Sequence record: NC_031113.1 | Direction: 5' to 3' (one strand) | Source: Escherichia phage Gluttony | Length of the DNA: 44,513 nt | Shown here: positions 17,542 to 26,338 of the stretch, in pieces | Layout: every line of letters begins with the position of its first letter | Position numbering within the stretch: the stretch's first letter is position 1 | Translations under genes and position numbers: made by a program | Notes under the pieces: model-generated | Database searches by the model: none | What the model saw: only the letters and a program-made list of their open reading frames with translations | What the model was told of the DNA's origin: nothing

Positions 17542-17813
17542 TATATTGGTTTGGATTGGGGTGCGCGACACTCTTTGCCACGGTGCTGGCGCTGTTGGTA
17601 TGGGTGTTCCTGATTTGGCCCGCGGTGGAAGCAGCCAGCATTACCCGCATGACGTTCCAGATATACAAGCGCCGTGGCATCACGGAGCACCCTACCAGGT
17701 TGCGCATGTGGTGGCTATGGTATCGCGATATGATCGGCGGGCGAATGTTCGAGGCCGTCCGATCGGAAGGGTGGGAGTGGAAAGGCGTCGGCAAGTGGTC
17801 CATTTTCGATTAA
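17526..17813 (+). CDS. Membrane protein, 95 aa
   Basis: Hydrophobic N-terminus LGCATLFATVLALLVWVFLIW. Confidence 0.4.
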   Translation: MLHDLIYWFGLGCATLFATVLALLVWVFLIWPAVEAASITRMTFQIYKRRGITEHPTRLRMWWLWYRDMIGGRMFEAVRSEGWEWKGVGKWSIFD

Positions 17814-17830
17814 TTATGCAAGCGTGATAT

Positions 17831-17865
17831 AGTCCCAGTGAGCTAAAACTTACTGGGACTTTTTT
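17831..17865 (+). terminator. Intrinsic terminator directly abutting the holin start codon
   Basis: 9-bp stem AGTCCCAGT/ACTGGGACT, 12-nt loop, then TTTTT and ATG at 17866. Confidence 0.5.
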
Positions 17866-18156
17866 ATGGATAAGCTAAACGAGTGGTTATTCGCCCTTGC
17901 GTGTCTTGCTGGTGGCTTCGTAGGCGCACGCATTCATGGCGAGGCAACGAAAGGGCCGCTAAACTTCGTGTTATATATCGTAGTTGGCTTCCTGTGTGCC
18001 ATCTTTGGTGCGCCAGCTATCGCCGAGTGGGCTGGCTTATCTGGCGAGCGCACTGTCGCCGGTTTGGGCTTCGTAACTGCAATCTTCTGGATGCCAATCG
18101 CCGACCGGGTCAGGGGGACTATTGCGTCGTTCCGACTTCCGGGGGGTGCAAAATGA
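17866..18156 (+). CDS. Holin
   Basis: 96 aa with three hydrophobic segments, directly upstream of the endolysin. Confidence 0.6.
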   Translation: MDKLNEWLFALACLAGGFVGARIHGEATKGPLNFVLYIVVGFLCAIFGAPAIAEWAGLSGERTVAGLGFVTAIFWMPIADRVRGTIASFRLPGGAK

Positions 18157-18398
18157 TTATCTCCGTCCTGTTGTTTGTTATCATCGGGGCTTCGTCCCTG
18201 TTTAACGTGTATGCGCCGTCCGTCCGGGATGGCTTTTTCGGTCGGGTGCTGTATCTGTTAACGGCAATGGTCTGTTTTATCGGATTGTTGCAAACCGGAG
18301 ACGTATCTGATACCACCAGGACCGCGTTAATATGGCTGTTTGCATTGCGCACGCTGCGTAATGCTGTTTTGAATGGGGTAAAACATGCGATTCAGTGA
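18153..18398 (+). CDS. Second small membrane protein of the lysis cassette (holin or antiholin-like)
   Basis: 81 aa, two TM-like segments, overlaps both neighbours. Confidence 0.45.
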   Translation: MIISVLLFVIIGASSLFNVYAPSVRDGFFGRVLYLLTAMVCFIGLLQTGDVSDTTRTALIWLFALRTLRNAVLNGVKHAIQ

Positions 18399-18876
18399 CA
18401 ACGGTCTACGATTTACGGCAGCATGGGAGACGTTCAGTCCAGTGCCGTATTTCGCGACTAAGAAAGAGCAGGCACGCGGCCTGTACACCTGGGGCTATGG
18501 GCATACTGGCACAAACCCGCCGCGGAGCATTACCCGCGCGGAAGCGCTTGAACTACTCAAGCGCGATGTGGCGTATGCCGAAAACTGGGTGAACAAGTAC
18601 GCACACCCTAGTATCAATCAGGCGCAATTCGACGCGCTGGTGGACCTGGTTATCAATGCCGGTCCTGGTCCGATCATGCCGGACGACGTCGCCGGAGACT
18701 TCGACGATGCGATCCGCCTGGGTGACTGGGCAAAGGTCCGTGCTACGCTGCCACAATTCCGCAAGCAAGGCGGGGCAGTGCTCAAGGGGCTTGTCCGTCG
18801 TGCAATCGGCAGGCAGGCACTATTTGATGGTAAGCAGTGGGATGTTGCCGAGAAAATCGGGCGAAACGCCGCATAA
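18385..18876 (+). CDS. Endolysin, phage lysozyme (GH24-like) family
   Basis: YTWGYGHTG and QFDALVDLVINAG...GLVRRAIGRQALF signature. Confidence 0.75.
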   Translation: MRFSDNGLRFTAAWETFSPVPYFATKKEQARGLYTWGYGHTGTNPPRSITRAEALELLKRDVAYAENWVNKYAHPSINQAQFDALVDLVINAGPGPIMPDDVAGDFDDAIRLGDWAKVRATLPQFRKQGGAVLKGLVRRAIGRQALFDGKQWDVAEKIGRNAA

Positions 18877-18892
18877 TACGAGGAGACACAGT

Positions 18893-19054
18893 ATGTTAAA
18901 AAGCATTCTTGATCATAACGCCGACGCGCTCGCCGCGCTGGCTAAAACCGAAGACCCAGGCGCTCGCGCCATTATCGCGGACACTATCAGTCATGCTGGC
19001 GTATTTGACGCGAAGCTGCCGAGTCCGCCACCGCCGGAAGATCCAGAAGTGTAA
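18893..19054 (+). CDS. Small hypothetical protein, 53 aa
   Basis: ORF between the endolysin and a strong terminator. Confidence 0.3.
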   Translation: MLKSILDHNADALAALAKTEDPGARAIIADTISHAGVFDAKLPSPPPPEDPEV

Positions 19055-19060
19055 ACTACC

Positions 19061-19090
19061 AAGCCCGGATAATTCCGGGCTTTTTTATTT
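19061..19090 (+). terminator. Rho-independent terminator after the lysis cassette
   Basis: AAGCCCGGA-TAAT-TCCGGGCTT followed by TTTTTTATTT. Confidence 0.75.
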
Positions 19091-19149
19091 CTTGGCCCAG
19101 TACCGTGGTATATTGCCTCCAGGTCATCTCAAACTGGAAGTAAATTAAT

Positions 19150-20292
19150 ATGCACCCGCAAACTAAAATTACCGATGAGCAATTGATCGCAGAATTGCAA
19201 GCAGGCACTACGTCGAAAGATATTGCGAAGAAATACGGCATTGCCCTTCGAAATGTCTACATGCGCAAAGCCCGCCTGTCGAAGAAAGGTATTGGTCACG
19301 GTAACGATGCCGTAATTCGTAAGCGCGTTGCTGATGGCTTCGGTGTTAAACGCGTATCCGCCCTGGTGCGCGGAAATGGCGAAGAGGTCATGTCGTGGGT
19401 TATCACTGAGCAAGACAAGGAGCGCCAGCTTGAAGCAATGCGAGCCGTTGTCGAGGGTATGAACAGCGAAATCACACCGGCAGCGCCAGTAAACGCCCCG
19501 CCAGTACCGATCCAGGCGCTAGACTTGCTCAACCTGTACACCGTGTCCGACTTCCACCTGGGTATGCTGGCATGGGGCGAGGAGACTGGCGAAGATTGGG
19601 ATATGGCGATCGCCGAAGACCTGTTCTACCGCTGGTTTGTCGAAGCCTTCGCCCGCGCACCGGACGCAGGCACTGCCGTGATCAATATCCTCGGCGATAT
19701 GGCGCACTTTGATAGCCTTGATGCCGTCACACCGGCAAGCGGTCACGTATTGGACGCCGACACCCGCTACCAGAAACTGGTACGCTACATGATTCGCATG
19801 GTGCGCAACGTGGTAGACCTGGCGCTGCAAAAACACCACAAAGTCAAACTTCTAATCGTCCAGGGGAATCATGACGAGTCTGGCATGATTTGGCTGGCTG
19901 AAATGTTCAATACACTGTACGAGAACGAGCCACGCGTCGAGGTGGACACGTCCCCGGACGTGTACAAAATGGTGCAACACGGCAAGACCACGCTGTTCTT
20001 CCACCACGGGCACAAAGCGCGCTTCGATGCTATCGAGACCGTCATGATTTCTAAATTCAGACAGGCTTTCGGATCCAGTGAGTACAGCTACGCACACGTA
20101 GGCCACTTGCACCACCAGAAGATTGTAGAATCCCGCAACATGATTGTTGAACAACACCGGACCCTCGCAGCGAAAGACGCATATGCCAGCCGCGGCGGTT
20201 GGATGTCCGGTCGTAGTGCCAACGTCATCACCTACAGCGCCAATTACGGCGAAGTGGCGCGCTTAACCATTAGCCCGGAAATGTTGAAGTAA
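19150..20292 (+). CDS. N-terminal HTH fused to a calcineurin-like metallophosphoesterase domain
   Basis: HTH TTSKDIAKKYGIALRNV; phosphoesterase motifs DFH, GDMAHFD, GNHDE, HHGH, GHLHH. Confidence 0.6.
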   Translation: MHPQTKITDEQLIAELQAGTTSKDIAKKYGIALRNVYMRKARLSKKGIGHGNDAVIRKRVADGFGVKRVSALVRGNGEEVMSWVITEQDKERQLEAMRAVVEGMNSEITPAAPVNAPPVPIQALDLLNLYTVSDFHLGMLAWGEETGEDWDMAIAEDLFYRWFVEAFARAPDAGTAVINILGDMAHFDSLDAVTPASGHVLDADTRYQKLVRYMIRMVRNVVDLALQKHHKVKLLIVQGNHDESGMIWLAEMFNTLYENEPRVEVDTSPDVYKMVQHGKTTLFFHHGHKARFDAIETVMISKFRQAFGSSEYSYAHVGHLHHQKIVESRNMIVEQHRTLAAKDAYASRGGWMSGRSANVITYSANYGEVARLTISPEMLK

Positions 20293-20421
20293 CGGCAACC
20301 AGTAATCCTCCCAGCCTGCCGATTTGGTGGGCTTTTTTGTGCCTGTTATAATCCCCTCAGATGGCAGGGCCGTCTCTTATGTTGCCGATGGTCGGCGCAT
20401 ATGCACAAAAGGGCTTATATC

Positions 20422-20973
20422 ATGGCAGAAATTAAAGTTAAAGGTCGTCGCGCTAAACTGGACGGACGAGTCGCAGTAACCCCGCGCCGTAAACCAGGCG
20501 AGCAAACAGAGCATACCAATCTCGGACCTGAGATCGAATATGGCAAGCGTCGTAAAGGCGGCAAATGCGGACGCCCTACTGACTACAGATCCGTTTACTG
20601 CGACCAGCTTCGCCGCTATTTTGCCGACGCCGACGCCTGGCAGGTCAACTACTCCGATAAAGGCGCTGCGCAAGTAATTCCCCGCAACAAAATGCCAACC
20701 TTCGGTCGATTTGCCGCGGAAATCGGCGTTGGCGTCGCTTGCCTGTATCGCTGGGCGCGTGCACATGAGGAGTTCGCCGAGGCTATGGCGGACGCTATGG
20801 AGCTACAGAAAACTTTCCTGATGGAAGCTGGCGGCGTTACCATCGCGGCGGGCTTCGCCACGTTCCTGCTTAAAGCCAACCACGGCGTCCGCGATGATGT
20901 TCCACTGGATGACGACGAAGATGATAACGGCGACGTCGTTGTCGAACCTACCGGCAAAGGCCAGGGTGAGTAA
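20422..20973 (+). CDS. Terminase small subunit (Terminase_2-like)
   Basis: GGKCGRPTDY and YCDQ motif; acidic C-terminus; directly upstream of the large subunit; start at MAEIK (track ORF begins at 20401). Confidence 0.7.
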   Translation: MAEIKVKGRRAKLDGRVAVTPRRKPGEQTEHTNLGPEIEYGKRRKGGKCGRPTDYRSVYCDQLRRYFADADAWQVNYSDKGAAQVIPRNKMPTFGRFAAEIGVGVACLYRWARAHEEFAEAMADAMELQKTFLMEAGGVTIAAGFATFLLKANHGVRDDVPLDDDEDDNGDVVVEPTGKGQGE

Positions 20974-22358
20974 TGCGTAATTATGCGGCAGAACACCGCG
21001 CCCTGGAACGCGCGATCGCAAAGCGCAACCGACCGCCGCGCCCTACGCGTGTTGCGCAGGCCGTCCGCCTGTATCAGCCTGATTGCCTTCCCCACCAGGT
21101 GGAACTACTGCGCGATACAAAGACCAAAATCCTCGGCCTGTGTTCCGGCTTCGGTGGCGGTAAGTCATGGGTTGCGGCGCGCAAGGTCATCCAGCTTCTG
21201 ACACTGAACCCTGGTCATGACGGCATCGTTACAGAACCGACAATCCCCCTCCTGGTTAAAATCATGTACCCGGAATTGGAAAAGGCGTTTGACGAGGCGG
21301 GCTTCCGGTGGAAGTTCAATAAGCAGGACAAGATCTATAACGTGCTTGTGAAAGGCAAATGGACCCGCGTTATCTGTGAATCAATGGAGAACTATACCCG
21401 CCTGATCGGGGTCAACGCCGCGTGGATTGTTGCCGATGAATTCGACACCACGAAGCAGGACGTTGCGCTGGCGGCGTATCACAAATTGCTCGGCCGTCTG
21501 CGTGCGGGTCTGGTCCGCCAGTTTGTCATCGTGTCCACCCCGGAAGGCTACCGGGCAATGTACCAGATTTTCGAGGTGGAGAAAGACAACCAGAAACGCT
21601 TGATCCGGGCGAAGACCACGGACAACCACCATTTACCGGCAGACTTTATCGACACGCTCCGTAGTCAGTACCCAGCTAACCTGATCGACGCGTACCTGAA
21701 CGGCCTGTTTGTTAACCTTACGTCGGGCGCGGTATACAAGATGTTTAACCGTGAGGAGAACGCCAGCACCGAAGAAGTGCAACCGGACGACACGCTGATT
21801 ATCGGTATGGACTTTAACGTCACGAAAATGGCGGCGGTCGTGTACGTCAGACGGCAGCGCATCACCGAAAACAAGGAGTTCCGCGACGAGATTCACGCAG
21901 TGGATGAATTTGTGGACCTGTTTGATACCCCGGCTATGATTGAGGCGATCGAGGAGCGATACCCCGATCATTGTGCTGCCGGTCGTGTTGTTGTTTACCC
22001 GGATAGCAGCGGCAAGTCTCGCAAGACTGTCAACGCATCGTCGTCCGATATCGCGCAACTGGAAGACGCGGGCTTCGAGGTGGAGTATGACAGCGTTAAC
22101 CCTCCCGTGAAAGACCGATTGATCGCGATGAATACGATGATGTGCAACTCGAAGGGCGTGCGCCAGTATTTTGTCAACCTGGATAAATGCCCTACACTAG
22201 CGAAATGTCTGGAACAGCAGGTCTACGACCTGAAGAAAGGCGAGCCGGATAAAACCGCCGGTGTGGACCACATGAACGATGCCGCGGGCTATCCAATTGC
22301 GCACCTGTTCCCAGTGATTCGTCCGATCGCCGTTGTTCCAACTGTAGACTTCTACTAA
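20973..22358 (+). CDS. Terminase large subunit
   Basis: Walker A-like GFGGGKS; size and position before the portal gene. Confidence 0.8.
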   Translation: MRNYAAEHRALERAIAKRNRPPRPTRVAQAVRLYQPDCLPHQVELLRDTKTKILGLCSGFGGGKSWVAARKVIQLLTLNPGHDGIVTEPTIPLLVKIMYPELEKAFDEAGFRWKFNKQDKIYNVLVKGKWTRVICESMENYTRLIGVNAAWIVADEFDTTKQDVALAAYHKLLGRLRAGLVRQFVIVSTPEGYRAMYQIFEVEKDNQKRLIRAKTTDNHHLPADFIDTLRSQYPANLIDAYLNGLFVNLTSGAVYKMFNREENASTEEVQPDDTLIIGMDFNVTKMAAVVYVRRQRITENKEFRDEIHAVDEFVDLFDTPAMIEAIEERYPDHCAAGRVVVYPDSSGKSRKTVNASSSDIAQLEDAGFEVEYDSVNPPVKDRLIAMNTMMCNSKGVRQYFVNLDKCPTLAKCLEQQVYDLKKGEPDKTAGVDHMNDAAGYPIAHLFPVIRPIAVVPTVDFY

Positions 22359-22368
22359 GGAAACGACC

Positions 22369-23889
22369 ATGACCGTTAACGTTGACAACCAGCACCCTCT
22401 CTATGCGCGCATCGCGCCAGAGTGGAAAATGATTCGTGACTGTGTAGCAGGGGAGCGCGCCGTGAAGGCGTGCGGCCCCTTGTACCTGCCTCATCCCGCC
22501 AGTGGCGACAATACTGACCCAAAAGCACGGGCGCGATATAAGGCGTACAAGCAACGCGCTGTATTCCTGAACGCCACCGCCCGCACACTTAACGCGCTGT
22601 TAGGCGTCGCCTTTGCAAAACCTGTAAGTCTGGACCTTTCTGGGGCGATGGCTGACCTGATTGACGACGTAGACGGCAGCGGTATGCCATTGCCGCAACT
22701 TCTGCGCGGTGCTATGTCGGAAGTTCTGCAATCGGGCCGCGCGGGCTTTATGGTGGACTACGACCGCCAGGCTAACTTTGATGAACTGGGTAACGTAGTT
22801 CCGCAGACAGCCGCCGAGATGGCGTCACACCGCCCGCTTATCCGCCTGTACACGGCAGAACAGATCATCAACTGGCGGCAGACCCACGGCGTCGATACGC
22901 TAATTGTGCTGAAGGAAACGGACGAAATCAGCACCGAAGACCCGGACGACTTCGCAAACCACGAAGTAACAATCTGGACCGAGCTTCGCATGATTGACGG
23001 CAAGGCACACGCCCGCCGCTGGTTTTACAACGCGGACACGTCCGAAGTGCAGATGGACTTGCCGCGTGGATTTACCCGCACCGATCTGGTGCCGTTGGTG
23101 GATGCTTCCGGTAATGCGCTTACGCAACTACCGTTTTGCTGGTGCGGTGCGGTGGACAACAACGCAACGCCTGACGCCGCTCCGCTGGCGGATATCGCAT
23201 CCATCAACATTAAGCACTACAACGCCGAAGCGGACGTCGCCGAGATTGCGCACATCGTGGGCCAGCCTACCCTCGTTGCGACGGGCTTGACCCAATCATG
23301 GGCGGACAAGAACCTGAAGGGCGGCATTGCCCTCGGTGCGACTAAGGGCGTTATCCTGGGCCAGAACATGGACGCTAAACTGATCCAGGCGGAGGAGCGC
23401 AACTTGTCTGTTGCACTGTGTGAGCGTCGCGAATTGCAAATGGCTAAACTTGGCGCGGCCCTGGTCGAGAAGGGGACAGCACCTAAGACGGCAACGGAAG
23501 CGGCCTACGATGCGCAGACTGATAACAGTATCCTGTCACTGATCGCCGGTAACGTCGAGAAGGCTTTCAACCGTGCGCTGCAAATCGTCCAGCTATTCAC
23601 GGGCGACACCGCCGACCAGCGTGTGACGCTGAATAAGTTCTACACCGAAATCACGGTTGATGCGCAGCTTATGACCGCGATGATGTCGGGTGTGCAGACG
23701 GGTACGGTCCGCCTGGCTGACTTCATCAAGTGGATGATGGCGCAGGGTGTCATCGACGACTCGCAAACCGTCGAGCAGGTTGAAGACGAATTGCGGAATC
23801 AGAATCCACTGCCCCAAATGTCCTCCGATGCGGTAGAATCTACCGAAGAAGACCCGGACAAGGTAGCGGACAATGTCGAAGACAATTAA
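22369..23889 (+). CDS. Portal protein
   Basis: 506 aa immediately after the terminase large subunit; acidic C-terminus. Confidence 0.75.
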   Translation: MTVNVDNQHPLYARIAPEWKMIRDCVAGERAVKACGPLYLPHPASGDNTDPKARARYKAYKQRAVFLNATARTLNALLGVAFAKPVSLDLSGAMADLIDDVDGSGMPLPQLLRGAMSEVLQSGRAGFMVDYDRQANFDELGNVVPQTAAEMASHRPLIRLYTAEQIINWRQTHGVDTLIVLKETDEISTEDPDDFANHEVTIWTELRMIDGKAHARRWFYNADTSEVQMDLPRGFTRTDLVPLVDASGNALTQLPFCWCGAVDNNATPDAAPLADIASINIKHYNAEADVAEIAHIVGQPTLVATGLTQSWADKNLKGGIALGATKGVILGQNMDAKLIQAEERNLSVALCERRELQMAKLGAALVEKGTAPKTATEAAYDAQTDNSILSLIAGNVEKAFNRALQIVQLFTGDTADQRVTLNKFYTEITVDAQLMTAMMSGVQTGTVRLADFIKWMMAQGVIDDSQTVEQVEDELRNQNPLPQMSSDAVESTEEDPDKVADNVEDN

Positions 23890-24976
23890 TCAACATTTGG
23901 CGGATCGAATGATTCGCCGTCACATCTTCACCCAGCGCCTGAGCAATGATCAGGCGCGGAGGGTGCTGGCTATGTGGGAGAAGTTCCGGCCCACTTTACT
24001 TGGTAAGCTGACCGAGTTACTTGATGGCAAAAAGTCCATGAGCAACAAGGCACTTACCACACTGTTAACGCAACTCGACAAGACCGTCAAAACGGAACTG
24101 CGCGCCGAGTTTAAAGTGCTGGCGGATAGTCTTCAGGAGTTTGCCGACACCGAGGCCGATTACCTCGCCGACACATTAACGGCAGCGATCCAGCCGGTGG
24201 TCGCCGTACCTGCGGTCGAGGTGGTGGGTGTAGTAACAGGCGCGCAGGTCGCAGCGACTGCGATGAAAAACCCGTTCCAGGGTAACACCATGATGCAATG
24301 GCCGGATTCACTTTCAGAGTGGACAAGGACGCAGATCGGCAATCAGGTGCGCGCCGGATTCATCCAGGGCAAGCCGACTATGGAAATTATCGCGGACGTG
24401 AGGCGCGCGCTCGGCGGTCGTAGTGCGCAAGCAATCTCAAGCGTTGTTAAGTCCGCTGTCAACCACTATGCGGCGACCGCCCGCGAATTAATGGTGAAAG
24501 CTAATGACGATATTCTCGAAGGTCGCCAATGGTTGGCCACATTGGACACTCATACTTCCCCTATGTGCCAGCTACGCGATCGCCTGTTTTATCCTGTTGA
24601 CGTCACTCCCGACACCAAAGGAAAACGCGGCGGGAAAGTGGTGGCGGGATCACAATATGGCGCTGGTCCGGGCAAGCTGCATTATTGCTGCCGTTCGACG
24701 GAGACGTGGAAAGTTAAGGGCATGGAAGACTGGCCCAGTGGTAAGCGTCCGGCACTGAAGGCTGACGCAGGCAGATTGCTGAGTGAGCAGGTAGACGCGC
24801 AGACTGATTTCTTCTCATGGGTGCAGCGCCAGCCGCGCCATATTCTGGAGGAGTTATATGGAGTGCAACGCGCCGACCAGATTATGCGCGGCGTGAAAGT
24901 GCCGAAGATGTTTACCGATTCTGGCGAACTGATGACTATTGCACAGCTTAAAAACCGGGGGTTATGGCGTGATTAA
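23873..24976 (+). CDS. Head morphogenesis / minor head protein (Mu F or SPP1 gp7-like)
   Basis: Position after the portal; 367 aa. Confidence 0.55.
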   Translation: MSKTINQHLADRMIRRHIFTQRLSNDQARRVLAMWEKFRPTLLGKLTELLDGKKSMSNKALTTLLTQLDKTVKTELRAEFKVLADSLQEFADTEADYLADTLTAAIQPVVAVPAVEVVGVVTGAQVAATAMKNPFQGNTMMQWPDSLSEWTRTQIGNQVRAGFIQGKPTMEIIADVRRALGGRSAQAISSVVKSAVNHYAATARELMVKANDDILEGRQWLATLDTHTSPMCQLRDRLFYPVDVTPDTKGKRGGKVVAGSQYGAGPGKLHYCCRSTETWKVKGMEDWPSGKRPALKADAGRLLSEQVDAQTDFFSWVQRQPRHILEELYGVQRADQIMRGVKVPKMFTDSGELMTIAQLKNRGLWRD

Positions 24977-25277
24977 ATATGCAGCGATCGGACTGGTTAT
25001 CGGTCTGGTGGTAGGATTCTGGCAGGGTGATTCCTACCGAGCTGCCGTTGTGGCGAGAGCATCGCAAGAAGCGCAAGCGAAAGCCCAACGGCAGCAAACT
25101 AAGGTTGTCGAGGGGGCTGTGCAGGCAGAACAGGCCCGCGATGTGGAATACCGGACTATCACGAAAGAGGTTGTGAAATATGTTACGCGTCCTAACCGTC
25201 CTGATTGCAGTTTTGATGCTGAGCGCGTGCGGATCAAGCAAAGCGCCATTGATGCCGCTAACCGAGTCGGTCTATAG
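24939..25277 (+). CDS. i-spanin (Rz-like); start may be GTG near 24966
   Basis: N-terminal TM segment IKYAAIGLVIGLVVGFW followed by a coiled-coil region. Confidence 0.65.
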   Translation: MHSLKTGGYGVIKYAAIGLVIGLVVGFWQGDSYRAAVVARASQEAQAKAQRQQTKVVEGAVQAEQARDVEYRTITKEVVKYVTRPNRPDCSFDAERVRIKQSAIDAANRVGL

Positions 25278-25410
25278 ACCGCCTTGCACCTTTGAGAATG
25301 CCTCGGCAGATCCAGACGAAGACTTGCTGGTTGATGTTAAGAATATGGAGTGTGGTGCGAAGCTGCGGGCGCAAGTGCTGGAGTTGCAGAAAATAATTCG
25401 GGGGCCGTGA
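25180..25410 (+). CDS. o-spanin (Rz1-like lipoprotein) in the +1 frame overlapping the i-spanin
   Basis: Signal peptide with lipobox LSAC, proline-rich mature region, conserved Cys. Confidence 0.7.
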   Translation: MLRVLTVLIAVLMLSACGSSKAPLMPLTESVYRPPCTFENASADPDEDLLVDVKNMECGAKLRAQVLELQKIIRGP

Positions 25411-25422
25411 TGGCCCCCTTTT
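25391..25422. terminator. Bidirectional intrinsic terminator between the o-spanin and the minus-strand moron
   Basis: GGGGGCC-GTGAT-GGCCCCC with T-runs on both sides. Confidence 0.7.
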
Positions 25423-25424
25423 CG

Positions 25425-26189
25425 TTAGCGCGGAATACCGCAAATCTCGTTTAGTGTTTTCACGTCCAGCGCCACCGCCGTGGACTTCGGCTTGTCCGGG
25501 TAAGGAATGAACTGTTCAACTTCAGGCCACGCCTTGATCAGCTTCTTATCTGTATTGTGCATATCCAGCACGCCGGTAACAGTTAGTTTGAACGCGTCAT
25601 ACTTAGCACGCAACTCACGGCGGGCCTTGTCGTTACGGTCCAGGCGCTTGCAGAAATCATGACCCGCCGGGTAGTCTATACGACCGCGTGGCTTATATAT
25701 CGGCAGCGCTTTCCCGTCGTCGTCGACTTCGCACACTGACGCTAACAAAATTTCCTCATACCCTGGCACAATATCGCCGAGATCGGGGGATAGTTTATTC
25801 ATGTATTTATACTCCCAGTATCCTCGATGTACTCGGAATCGGTATCCGTCTCCGCTCAATGACACGGTACGGACGTTTCCGCCTGCGTTGATTTCGAAAG
25901 TGGCGTCGTAAACGCTGCCTATACCATATGGGTTGTCGTCGTCATGTCTATACGTCGCCTTGTTGGTGTATACGCTTACTCCGTACATCTGCGACGGGTC
26001 ATCGCCGATTGCTTTAATGCGCGAGAGTAGCTCGGCGAAAGTGCGAATGCCTTCCGGCATACAGTCCAGCGTAATGGCGTACGCCAGATTTCGAGAGTCC
26101 ATCATGATTGATTTGGCTTCGGTCGCGATTTCGTGGTCGCGCAGGATGTTAGCCAGAATCTGGTTTTTAATGTCTTTCGTCAGTCTCAT
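25425..26189 (-). CDS. Moron: 254-aa protein of unknown function on the opposite strand inside the head gene block
   Basis: Start at MRLTKDIKNQ with GAGGA RBS; own promoter and terminator; no recognisable motifs. Confidence 0.6.
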   Translation of the reverse strand: MRLTKDIKNQILANILRDHEIATEAKSIMMDSRNLAYAITLDCMPEGIRTFAELLSRIKAIGDDPSQMYGVSVYTNKATYRHDDDNPYGIGSVYDATFEINAGGNVRTVSLSGDGYRFRVHRGYWEYKYMNKLSPDLGDIVPGYEEILLASVCEVDDDGKALPIYKPRGRIDYPAGHDFCKRLDRNDKARRELRAKYDAFKLTVTGVLDMHNTDKKLIKAWPEVEQFIPYPDKPKSTAVALDVKTLNEICGIPR

Positions 26190-26218
26190 TTGTGTGTCCT
26201 CGTTGTTGGTGTGCAACC

Positions 26219-26248
26219 AATATAGTGCAACCAATACGAGGATTGCAA
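26219..26248 (-). promoter_or_regulatory. Promoter for the moron (TTGCAA-18-TATATT) with two GTGCAACCAATA copies
   Basis: Leader and RBS near-identical to the 16063 promoter cassette (TATATTGGTTGCACACCAACAA-GAGGA). Confidence 0.5.
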
Positions 26249-26255
26249 GCGAATT

Positions 26256-26283
26256 TTGCGATTATTTTTATCGCTGATAATAT
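26256..26283 (+). promoter_or_regulatory. Candidate promoter for the scaffold and capsid genes (TTGCGA-16-TAATAT)
   Basis: Hexamer spacing read directly. Confidence 0.35.
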
Positions 26284-26338
26284 TAGAAGCGTGAAGTCGA
26301 GCGGGTGGCCTGCTCTGCCACAATCCCAGGGGGATAGC

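Noticed and set aside
20401-20421. Upstream Met start (20401) for the terminase small subunit
   Set aside because: The Met at 20422 has better RBS spacing (AAGGG); coding potential is otherwise unaffected.
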